A stretch of DNA of 64,000 bases, from the IMG/VR virus record IMGVR_UViG_3300022074_000006, positions 69,293 through 133,292 of that record; one strand, 5' to 3'. Source of the DNA: a virus. Shown in pieces: positions 18,028 through 26,906 of the stretch. The notes beneath the pieces were generated by a model. That model was given only the letters and a program-made list of their open reading frames with translations. It searched no databases and was not told where the DNA came from. Each line of letters starts with the position of its first letter. The first letter of the stretch is position 1. Both the position numbers and the translations under genes were made by a program.

Positions 18028-21000
18028 ATGGCTGAACAGACTTTTCGCTCTCCAGGATTTTTCGAAAACGAAATTGACCTGGCAGCAAGAGACGCCGCAC
18101 CTCAAGGCGTACCAGCAGGAATCATAGGGACTGCTGAGAAGGGACCTGCATTTGTCCCAGTGACTTTGGGAAGTGTCCCCGACTTTACAACAAGGTTTGG
18201 TTCTCTTTCACCAGAGCGCTTTGGACCCTACGCAGTAAATGAATGGTTTAAGAGCAGAGGTGCATTGACTTACATGCGTGTGTTGGGCGCCGGCGCTAAC
18301 TCGAGCCAGACACACTTTTCTGACACCAAGAACTTTGGAATAGTCAAGAACGCTGGATTTGTCATACCGGGTGCTTTGCCTCCCGGTGCTACAGGTGGTA
18401 ATGCTAAAGCACACGAACATGTTGTGCAGTTTATCACAGCGAGACACAACTTGGCCAACACCGATGGCGGAGAAATGTTTGGCTACCCAATGTTTACTGA
18501 TAACGATAGTTTTGCTGAAGAAGTCTCAGACAAGGTAAATCTCGTTCGTGGTGTTCTCTTTACAACTACAGGTTCTAGATTTGAACTCTTAAGCAACGGT
18601 GTTGCAGCTTCAACTTCCATTGTGTTCACTGGACAATCTGCCGCCAATGCAACGATCATCATCAACGATGGGTTTGGAAAATCCAGGACATATTTGGCTG
18701 CGGGTGGCAACGATGCAGGTAGCCTTCAGTTCGATAGAACTGCGGGCGCTCAAGCTGCTGGTCTCAAGCTTGCTATTGACAACACCGCCGGTCATGGAGG
18801 TGACATTATAACAAGTGTTGATGGAAACACAATCACTTTGACAAATAGGCGGGTTGGAACAGCCGGAAATCAGAACGTAGGTGGTGTAAACCAGTCGAAT
18901 ATGACGATAGCGAACAGCGGTAAGTTTGCTGGCGGAATAAACACTTTCTTTGAATACGACGTTCACAAGCATACTTTTACGACCCCGAGTGATTTTTTGA
19001 ACGCCGCTAGCAGCAGGTACAAAGATGCACAATCTTACTTCAAGCTTGTTCTTTCAACTTCAGCAGGCGAGACTTTCGGTAAGGACGAAGGAAACCCGGG
19101 CGTTAGAATACTGACTGCTTCTCTAGAGCCTACCGATCCTTACTACATCGGCAGAATTTTAAACACGGATCCTAAAAAGTTCTATCAAGAGCGTCACTTG
19201 CTCTACTTGGACTTTGCTGTTGAAAGTGAAATGGCAAAGGTTGATACAGCAGCGGGATCGATCGCACTCATGTCAGGATCAGCAAACTCTCCAGGCGATA
19301 TTAGTCCTAAGTCTTTTGCCAATAGAACCTTAGACGCGACTTTCATGGAGCTGTTTGGACGATTTGACACCAGGTACACGACACCCAAGACACCTAACAT
19401 CATCTCTCAGCCGTTTGGCACAAAAGAGCACGATCTCTTTCACTTTGAGACAGTGTCAGATGGTGAGTGGGGCAACTCTAAGTTCAAGGTATCAATAGCT
19501 AATGTACGTGCCTCTACAGATCCTAGAAACCCCTACGGAACTTTTGAAGTACAGCTAAGAAACTTCAATGATACCGATAAGTCACCTCAAATCTTGGAGG
19601 CCTTTCCAAACTGTACACTCAATCCTCACGACGATAGATACGTTGCAAAACAAATCGGGGATTACAAGGTTCGATGGAACCACGATGCAGAAAACCCGGC
19701 AGAACGTCGTCTGGTTGTGAAGGGGAAGCATCCTAATAGATCACACAGATTTAGAATTGTAATGAACCAGGGAATCGAGGACGGAAACGTTCCTAAGAAC
19801 GCACTTCCTTTTGGGTTTAGAGGAATGGAAGTACTCAGGACTTCTGACTCTCTTACAGACAAGATTGATACAAATCTATTCTTCCGAAACGGAGCTAAGG
19901 CAGGTGTTCTTGCAGCAGACGGAGGTGTGGTAAGAATCGATGGAGATCTAGGAGGTCATCAGATACACAAAGCTTCGATCATTCCGCCCTTACCTTTTAG
20001 ATTTAAAGTAACAAAGGACGCAGTTGAAAATGTTGGTGTTGGAGCCGACGCCGGGAAGAATTTCATCCCGTCAAATGATAAGTACGTCGGTCGTCCAGGC
20101 CAAAATGAGAGAGTAGACTCTCGATTCTACTGGGGTGTTAAGACAACTCGTTTACCCATAACAGCTTCTTTGCCAGCCGGAGAGATGTCTAACGCTGTCT
20201 TGAGGTCAAATGACAGCAGCAATCTTAACCCTCTTGTCAAGGCTTACACAAAGATGCACGGCATCGGCAAGATGGGAACTTTGATTACCGGATCTGCAGC
20301 GGATGAATTTAATGACAACAAGTTTACTTTAGCCCGAGTAGCTTTGGAGAATAGCCTAGGAGGTAATAAGCTGGAGACAGTTGTGACAGGAACATCTAGG
20401 CAGCACATGCTCCAAGCAGTTTACGTTAGAAACGGCCACCCTAATTCTACTAACTACACGATCACAGATCGAAGCAGTTTTAAGACTGATAGAATTACAA
20501 TGGCAACCCTTGTAAATTCTTCTTCGGTAATCTTCAATAGGTTTACTGAATACTGCAAGTTTACAACCGTATTCCAGGGTGGCTTTGATGGAACCAATAT
20601 CCTAAGCCGAGATGGCTATTACATGACTGACAAGGCTGCATCAAGTGACCCCGGTGGGCATGCCCTTGACGTCCCGGGCGGAGATTGCTACCAAGGGCTT
20701 GCACATCTAGTTGCAGGCGCTGGAGGTAGAAACAGTGTTGTTAGCTCATTTAAGACAGCAACCCGGATCATGACCGATCCAACAACTGTCAGGCTTAACC
20801 TGCTTGCAATCCCGGGAATGAGAGACCCTGACATCGTTAATGATGCACAGGAAAGAGTCAAGGATTACGGGTTGGCAATGTATGTCATGGACTTGAGAAA
20901 CTACGACCAGGACACTAAGCGCCTCTATGACGACTCCAAAAAGAAGCCAGATGTTAGAATCACAGCTGAGCAATTCGAAGGAGAGGCAATCGACAACAAT

Positions 21001-21621
21001 TACAGCGCGACTTACTTCCCCGATGTATACATTCGAGACGAAGCGAATAATCGACCTGTAAAGGTTCCAGCTTCCGTGGCTGCGATTTCCGCGCTAGGAT
21101 TTAACGATAGAGTCGGATTCCCATGGTTTGCGCCTGCAGGCTTCAATAGAGGATCTCTTGCTTCTGTGACCAACGTTCACACGCGTCTTTCTTCTGCAGA
21201 TAGGGACGAACTCTACGATGTTCGAATTAATCCAATTGCAGTTTTCCCAACAGGAAGATTTGTGATATTCGGTCAAAAGACGCTGCAGCAGGCTAAGTCT
21301 GCACTTGATCGTGTAAACGTTCGAAGGCTTCTCCTAGAAGTCAAGAGAAGAGTTTCCGGCGTTGCAAGAAAGCTTCTTTTTGAGGCAAACGACGCGCAGA
21401 CACGTGCAAGGTTCGTAGGTGAAGTTGCACCACAGCTTGCAACAATTCAGGCTCAAGCAGGAGTCGAAAGATTTGCAGTTGTCTGTGACGGAACAAACAA
21501 CACATCGGTTGACGAAGAAGAAAACCGAATGAACGGTAGGATAGTAATAGTTCCGACGCTTGCTGTAGAGTTCATTGCACTGGACTTTATTGTTACAAGT
21601 GCTGGTGTATCCTTCGAGTAA
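18028..21621 (+). CDS. Tail sheath protein 1 (1197 aa)
   Basis: N-terminal SPGFFENEIDL...GTAEKGPAFVP; C-terminal WFAPAGFNRG, INPIAVFP, GQKTLQ...LDRVNVRRLL. Confidence 0.93.
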   Translation: MAEQTFRSPGFFENEIDLAARDAAPQGVPAGIIGTAEKGPAFVPVTLGSVPDFTTRFGSLSPERFGPYAVNEWFKSRGALTYMRVLGAGANSSQTHFSDTKNFGIVKNAGFVIPGALPPGATGGNAKAHEHVVQFITARHNLANTDGGEMFGYPMFTDNDSFAEEVSDKVNLVRGVLFTTTGSRFELLSNGVAASTSIVFTGQSAANATIIINDGFGKSRTYLAAGGNDAGSLQFDRTAGAQAAGLKLAIDNTAGHGGDIITSVDGNTITLTNRRVGTAGNQNVGGVNQSNMTIANSGKFAGGINTFFEYDVHKHTFTTPSDFLNAASSRYKDAQSYFKLVLSTSAGETFGKDEGNPGVRILTASLEPTDPYYIGRILNTDPKKFYQERHLLYLDFAVESEMAKVDTAAGSIALMSGSANSPGDISPKSFANRTLDATFMELFGRFDTRYTTPKTPNIISQPFGTKEHDLFHFETVSDGEWGNSKFKVSIANVRASTDPRNPYGTFEVQLRNFNDTDKSPQILEAFPNCTLNPHDDRYVAKQIGDYKVRWNHDAENPAERRLVVKGKHPNRSHRFRIVMNQGIEDGNVPKNALPFGFRGMEVLRTSDSLTDKIDTNLFFRNGAKAGVLAADGGVVRIDGDLGGHQIHKASIIPPLPFRFKVTKDAVENVGVGADAGKNFIPSNDKYVGRPGQNERVDSRFYWGVKTTRLPITASLPAGEMSNAVLRSNDSSNLNPLVKAYTKMHGIGKMGTLITGSAADEFNDNKFTLARVALENSLGGNKLETVVTGTSRQHMLQAVYVRNGHPNSTNYTITDRSSFKTDRITMATLVNSSSVIFNRFTEYCKFTTVFQGGFDGTNILSRDGYYMTDKAASSDPGGHALDVPGGDCYQGLAHLVAGAGGRNSVVSSFKTATRIMTDPTTVRLNLLAIPGMRDPDIVNDAQERVKDYGLAMYVMDLRNYDQDTKRLYDDSKKKPDVRITAEQFEGEAIDNNYSATYFPDVYIRDEANNRPVKVPASVAAISALGFNDRVGFPWFAPAGFNRGSLASVTNVHTRLSSADRDELYDVRINPIAVFPTGRFVIFGQKTLQQAKSALDRVNVRRLLLEVKRRVSGVARKLLFEANDAQTRARFVGEVAPQLATIQAQAGVERFAVVCDGTNNTSVDEEENRMNGRIVIVPTLAVEFIALDFIVTSAGVSFE

Positions 21622-21671
21622 GAAAATATGTATACTAGTGAAACAAAATTAAATTTCAGGAGCGAAATGAA

Positions 21672-24600
21672 ATGACAGAATCAACTTCACAAGCCGCAGG
21701 CGTAAGATCTGCAGAATTAGATCTCAGCGGCCCAACATCAGTTCAGCCTTCTGGTGTGCCAGCAGCTGTTGTTGGGACTTCCACCAAGGGGCGAGCATTT
21801 TTACCGATGACTTTTGCAACAGTCCAGGACTTTGAAAGAGAGTTCGGAAAAGCTGATGGCAAGCACTTTGGCCCGTTGGCAGTTCATGAATGGATGAGAA
21901 ATGCTCGAGCTGGTACGTTTGTTAGAGTCCTAGGTGTAGGCGACGGTAAACAAAGAAGTTCTGTCAATGGTACTGTCAACAAAGCTGGATTCGTTGTCGG
22001 AAACGAACAAATTCAGCTCTCTACAACGCTAGTAGGACCTAATCTTTCAGCATATGGTGGAACAGATGCCAGACAGGGACTTTCTGGTCGAACTTATTTT
22101 CTAGGTGCATATATGGAGCCGGCGGGCAGTACATTTACTGATGCAGGCATCACCGCTGTTGGCGTTGACAAGCACGAGCCGATTCTAAGAGGTGTTTTGA
22201 TGGTGCCGTCCGGCGTCGTTCCTACGTTGAGTAGTAGTTTTAGAACCCACGGTCAGAATGATACTCCTCTCGGAGCCGTCATACCAAGGATTGCTAACAA
22301 AAACAACACGTTCCTTAACGATCAAACTGTTACCGGCGTTAAAGGCGGCGCTTTTGGCGATATCAGTGCAGCCGGAGAATTCGTTTTGCTCCTAAACGGA
22401 TTCAAAGCCACAGCTGAAAACCCGGGAATCATATCAGCGTCTTTTGACAGATCAGCAGGTAAAACCTTTCTTGGTAAAGCACTCAATACAGACCCAACAA
22501 AAATAGAAAAGTTAGGCCACTATCTTTACACCTACTATGACATTCATCCATCGATTGCCAAGGTTACGACCGATGTGACAAAGATTAAAGATCTAGGCGC
22601 TGCAGCAGATCAGGCAGCTGGTGCTGGATTTACTGCAAAGTGTTTCATACTTTCAGGCGCTGGAGATTCGAACTCTTTTAATGCAGGAGGAACTAGGCCT
22701 AACTATGAAAATTTTGAGGAAAGATTCCAGACAGCTAAGTCACCTTTCGTGATATCGCAAAAGTTTGGCTCTTCACCTAAAAACCTGTTTAGGTTTCACC
22801 AGCTTGATGACGGCGCTCTCAATGAACTCGATCGGGTCAAGATCACCATAGAGAACATTAAGGCATCAACAGCAACATACGATGACTTCGGAACATTTGA
22901 TGTCCTGGTCAGAAAAATGGCTGATATAGACACAGATCGAAAGGTGATCGAAAGATACACAGCATGTAACTTAGATCCTACTTCTGACGACTATATCGCA
23001 AGAAAGATTGGTGATTTTCACTTGTTCTACGACTTCGACAGAAGAGAAGGATCACAGAGAATACGTCACGAAGGGCTGTATCCGAATGTTTCAGCGAGAA
23101 TAAGAGTTGAAATGCATCCTGACGTTGAGAACGAAGTCATCGAAAAGCGAGCAATACCTTGCGGATTTAGAGGAGCACCTCACTTGCTCACAAGAATGGA
23201 TGACCCAAATAAGCCAGTCTTGCTCAACGCGGTCGGAGGAGACGCCGCCGACGCGACTGCCACTGACACCCACGGCGTGGAAGCTCGTGAGATCGGAGCA
23301 GGCGGAGCACTCGGAGCGACTGATGCACTTCGAAGTGTAGGACTAACTCGAATGATCGAGCTTCCTATTCCAATGAGAGAGAACCTTCTCAAAGACGACT
23401 TAAAGACTGTCAATTCAAGTTTCACATGGGGCATGCAGTTTGAAAGAAAGGTCAACGTCTCTAAGCCGAACTCTGGTAAAACAATGGACGACACGTGGAA
23501 CAGCTTTGTAAAGTTCTTTCCACAAGACACGCTTAGAAATCCTGGATTTCAGGTCTTCGATAACGAGGGAACTGCGAAGAAAGACGGAGTCGAATACGAT
23601 TGTGACGTCTTCAACAACAATCTGTTTACTCTAGAGAGAGTCCAGGTTGTCACAGGTGCCTTTGATTTGCCAGATGTCAACAAATGGGACGCGGCAGTCT
23701 ATAGAAGAAACGGTGTCAAGACTATTCTTACAGACAAAGACGGAAAAACCCACTCAGCTGCAGACACAAGATTTTTAGATCCATCTAAGGACTTTAAACC
23801 GGGTGATAATTCCACTCAATACCTTGGATTTACTATGACACTTTTTGGTGGATTTGATGGAAACAACATTTTCAACAAAGAGCGGGCTAAAATGACAGAC
23901 TACGCTGCACGTCTTGAGATGGAAAATCCAAGCATGGCAGGAAATTCTGAGAACACTATTGCTTCTTTCAAGAAAGCGATTGATGTACTGACAGAAAGAT
24001 CAGATTCCGATATTCAGCTTTTGGCAATACCTGGCATGAGACACCCAGCGATCACCAACCATGGTATCGACGCTGTTGAAAATAGATTTGACGCGATGTA
24101 CATAATAGACATTGAGGAAATGGATCTAGACAACGTAGTTCTAACTGGGTCTAACATCGACACAGAAGGTCAGCTAATTTCAGTCGAAAACACGGTGAGA
24201 AGGCTTCGAAACAGAAATCTTGATACATCATTCGCGGCAGCTTACTTTCCTGACGTGACGATTGAAAAGCCAGGGTCAACGCAGACTGTCGACGTTCCCC
24301 CATCAGTAGTTGTTCTTGGAGGATTCTCCTTGAATGACTCAGTTGCTCATCCTTGGTTCGCTCCTGCAGGTTTTGCCAGAGGTAGGTTGACAACAACAGT
24401 TCGTGGTAACGTCAATCTCAACACAGAAAACTTAGATATTCTGTACGATTCTGACATAAACCCATTGAGGCCACATCCTCAGCATGTTGAAGACGGAGTC
24501 GTTATGTGGGGACAGAAGACATTGCTTCAGGCATCTTCTGCTCTAGATAGAGTAAACGTTAGAAGATTGTTGATTGACATCAGACGCAAGGTGAAAGCAG

Positions 24601-24857
24601 TTGCTTTTAACTTCCTGTTCGAACCAAATAGAGAAGATACCCTCGCGTCCTTCTCAGCGCTTGTTACGCCTATACTTAGCAACGTCCAGGCTCAAAGAGG
24701 TGTGTCTCGATTCAAGGTCCAAATAGACACCTCTACGACTACCCAGGCGGATGTCGAGAACAACACAATTAGAGGAAAGATATTCTTGCAGCCAATCAGA
24801 TCGCTTGAGTTCGTTGAGCTCACTTTCGTTGTTGCAAATCAGGGAGCTGAAATTTAA
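21672..24857 (+). CDS. Tail sheath protein 2 (1061 aa)
   Basis: GTSTKGRAFLP at the N-terminus; WFAPAGFARG, INPL, GQKTLL...LDRVNVRRLL, KIFLQP at the C-terminus. Confidence 0.93.
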   Translation: MTESTSQAAGVRSAELDLSGPTSVQPSGVPAAVVGTSTKGRAFLPMTFATVQDFEREFGKADGKHFGPLAVHEWMRNARAGTFVRVLGVGDGKQRSSVNGTVNKAGFVVGNEQIQLSTTLVGPNLSAYGGTDARQGLSGRTYFLGAYMEPAGSTFTDAGITAVGVDKHEPILRGVLMVPSGVVPTLSSSFRTHGQNDTPLGAVIPRIANKNNTFLNDQTVTGVKGGAFGDISAAGEFVLLLNGFKATAENPGIISASFDRSAGKTFLGKALNTDPTKIEKLGHYLYTYYDIHPSIAKVTTDVTKIKDLGAAADQAAGAGFTAKCFILSGAGDSNSFNAGGTRPNYENFEERFQTAKSPFVISQKFGSSPKNLFRFHQLDDGALNELDRVKITIENIKASTATYDDFGTFDVLVRKMADIDTDRKVIERYTACNLDPTSDDYIARKIGDFHLFYDFDRREGSQRIRHEGLYPNVSARIRVEMHPDVENEVIEKRAIPCGFRGAPHLLTRMDDPNKPVLLNAVGGDAADATATDTHGVEAREIGAGGALGATDALRSVGLTRMIELPIPMRENLLKDDLKTVNSSFTWGMQFERKVNVSKPNSGKTMDDTWNSFVKFFPQDTLRNPGFQVFDNEGTAKKDGVEYDCDVFNNNLFTLERVQVVTGAFDLPDVNKWDAAVYRRNGVKTILTDKDGKTHSAADTRFLDPSKDFKPGDNSTQYLGFTMTLFGGFDGNNIFNKERAKMTDYAARLEMENPSMAGNSENTIASFKKAIDVLTERSDSDIQLLAIPGMRHPAITNHGIDAVENRFDAMYIIDIEEMDLDNVVLTGSNIDTEGQLISVENTVRRLRNRNLDTSFAAAYFPDVTIEKPGSTQTVDVPPSVVVLGGFSLNDSVAHPWFAPAGFARGRLTTTVRGNVNLNTENLDILYDSDINPLRPHPQHVEDGVVMWGQKTLLQASSALDRVNVRRLLIDIRRKVKAVAFNFLFEPNREDTLASFSALVTPILSNVQAQRGVSRFKVQIDTSTTTQADVENNTIRGKIFLQPIRSLEFVELTFVVANQGAEI

Positions 24858-24866
24858 TTCAGCTGC

Positions 24867-24873
24867 ATACTTA
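24867..24873 (+). promoter_or_regulatory. Putative late-promoter motif ATANTTA (ATACTTA)
   Basis: 37 nt before the tail tube ATG; AAGGAG RBS downstream. Confidence 0.55.
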
Positions 24874-24910
24874 TTAAATGCCCAGAACGATTTTTAAGGA
24901 GTAAAAACAA

Positions 24911-25399
24911 ATGGCAGATACATTAAACGTCTCGGAGATGTTACCCAACAAGTTCGAGCCCAAGAGAAAGTTTCGTTGGGTTTTCGCTATCGAGGGTATT
25001 GACAGCTTTCTGTTAAAGACGGCAGCGAGACCTGCCGTAACCACTGCAGAAATTGAAGTTCCGTTCATCAACGCGACACGATACATTGCAGGCAAAACAA
25101 AGTTTGAGCAAATCAACTTGACGCTTCACGATCCGATCGCACCATCTGGAGCGCAGCAGGTCATGGAGTGGGTAAGAACTCACTATGAGTCAGTTTCAGG
25201 CCGGTCTGGATACGCTGATTTCTATAAGAGAGATTGTCAGCTTAAGATGTTGGACCCAGTAGGTACTGTTGTTGAGCTTTGGGACATGAAGGGGTGCTTC
25301 ATAACAAGCGCTAACTTCAACGATCTTGACTACGCAGCAGACGATGCAGTTGAGATTTCACTCACCCTCCGATACGACAACTGCATCCTCCAGTACTAA
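24911..25399 (+). CDS. Tail tube protein (T4 gp19-like)
   Basis: 162 aa; FEPKRKFRW, WDMKGCFITSANFNDLDY...LTLRYD; follows the sheaths; terminator after it. Confidence 0.9.
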   Translation: MADTLNVSEMLPNKFEPKRKFRWVFAIEGIDSFLLKTAARPAVTTAEIEVPFINATRYIAGKTKFEQINLTLHDPIAPSGAQQVMEWVRTHYESVSGRSGYADFYKRDCQLKMLDPVGTVVELWDMKGCFITSANFNDLDYAADDAVEISLTLRYDNCILQY

Positions 25400-25424
25400 T
25401 ATCTTACAACGTTCTGGAAAAGAT

Positions 25425-25450
25425 AAAGGGCGCCTTGTGCGCCCTTTTCT
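25425..25450 (+). terminator. Rho-independent terminator after the tail tube gene
   Basis: AAAGGGCGC-CTTGT-GCGCCCTTT then TCT. Confidence 0.8.
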
Positions 25451-25536
25451 GTGTCAAAAAATAGTTTACTCTTAACAAAAGCGGTATTTATTTAAATGTA
25501 CTTGACTGTATTCACACATAGGAGGACTCGAGTTTA

Positions 25537-26391
25537 ATGAGCGACGAAAGACAGACAAAGAACGAAGTATTTACGGCGTCGGACGCCCAAAGGCAGGGAA
25601 TACAAACTAGAAACGTGGCGGCAGAAGACTTCGGTCTAGAGATTCCTGTTGAAACTGTTCCCCTCCCGTCTGGAGGCAAGACTTATCCTGAAGGCACAAA
25701 CTTGCATAATGCAACAACCGTTCAGATAAAGGCAATGACAGCTCGCGAAGAAGATATTCTCACTTCAAGAGCACTGATCAAGAAGGGCACAGTTATTGAA
25801 ACTCTCGTCAAGTCATGCATGATAGATAAGTCATTTGATGTTGGTGACATGTTGTCCGGCGATAGAAATGGAATTATGACAGCTATTAGGATCACTGGTT
25901 ATGGTGCAGAATACACTGTCGATGTTGAGTGTCCAGAATGTGGAGAAAAAAGCAAGCAAGATTTTAACCTTGCCGACTTGCCTATCAACACACTAAACAT
26001 TGATCCCTTGATAAGCGGTGAAAACATCTTTGAGTTTCAGCTCCCAATCACCAAGAAAAAAGTTCACTTTAAGTTCTTGACAGGAAAAGACGAACAAGAA
26101 ATCACTACCATCGCAGAGAGAAAGAAAAAGAAGGGAATCCTAAACGAGAACTCAGTGACTACTCGGCTTAGACATTCTATCATGTCTATAGACGGTGTTA
26201 CAGACAAGAATAAGATCGGGCTTTTTGTAGGGAATATGCCTGCCAGAGATTCTCTCGCTCTTAGAAAGTTTATCGACAAGAACGAGCCGGGAATTGACAT
26301 GAAGTCTTGGATGGAATGCCCACACTGCTCAGAACACTCGGAGGTGCGCCTTCCCATGGGCGCCTCGTTTTTTTGGCCTGACACCGAGTGA
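25537..26391 (+). CDS. Tail/baseplate-hub assembly chaperone (T4 gp26-like)
   Basis: PVETVPLPSGG, MTAREEDILTS, two CxxC pairs (CPEC, CPHC), ends FFWPDTE; lies between tube and tape measure. Confidence 0.8.
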   Translation: MSDERQTKNEVFTASDAQRQGIQTRNVAAEDFGLEIPVETVPLPSGGKTYPEGTNLHNATTVQIKAMTAREEDILTSRALIKKGTVIETLVKSCMIDKSFDVGDMLSGDRNGIMTAIRITGYGAEYTVDVECPECGEKSKQDFNLADLPINTLNIDPLISGENIFEFQLPITKKKVHFKFLTGKDEQEITTIAERKKKKGILNENSVTTRLRHSIMSIDGVTDKNKIGLFVGNMPARDSLALRKFIDKNEPGIDMKSWMECPHCSEHSEVRLPMGASFFWPDTE

Positions 26392-26623
26392 TAAAGAAAT
26401 CTACTTAGAGCCTATTTTTATACTCATGTATTATTTGGGCTTTACGTACGACAATGCTTATAACCTTCCTGTCTGGAAGCGGGCTTGGTTCCTAGAGCGA
26501 TTGATGAAAGAAATTACCAGGAACCAAGTGACCAAAGAAACCGTCAATGATCCGATGCATGCATCGATGGTCGGAAAACAAAGAACAGATCGAGCACCTG
26601 CCAGGCTGAGACGCTTCACTTAG
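26369..26623 (+). CDS. Second reading frame of the tail chaperone, likely reached by frameshift (GT-like); track start ATG 26426
   Basis: This frame is open from the T-run: FFGLTPSDKEIYLEPIFILMYYLGFTYDNAYNLPVWKRAWFLERL...; no RBS before ATG 26426. Confidence 0.65.
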   Translation, partial: FFGLTPSDKEIYLEPIFILMYYLGFTYDNAYNLPVWKRAWFLERLMKEITRNQVTKETVNDPMHASMVGKQRTDRAPARLRRFT

Positions 26624-26660
26624 GTAATACTTATATTAGTATGTTAATGTGGAGTACAAA

Positions 26661-26906
26661 ATGTCGTTACGGGGCACGCTCAGAAAATACACAGCTGAGT
26701 TCCTTGAAGGCAAAAGAAGCCTTAACGAATGTTTTGTGCCTGAAGTTAGCTGGGCAATTCTTCGAAGAGTTTTGCTTACAGAAAAGATGTCTCGGGCAGC
26801 AACTTTTGAAAAAAGAAATCCGTGCAGAGCGGAAAAGAAAAGAGCAGAAGCTAGATTCTGGCTATCAACCGGAATTAAGTGGTCTGATATCGTGAAGGGT
26901 GTGTAA
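26661..26906 (+). CDS. Small basic protein before the tape measure gene
   Basis: GGAG at 26651-26654 supports ATG 26661; ATACTTA at 26627-26633; stop abuts the tape measure start. Confidence 0.65.
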   Translation: MSLRGTLRKYTAEFLEGKRSLNECFVPEVSWAILRRVLLTEKMSRAATFEKRNPCRAEKKRAEARFWLSTGIKWSDIVKGV

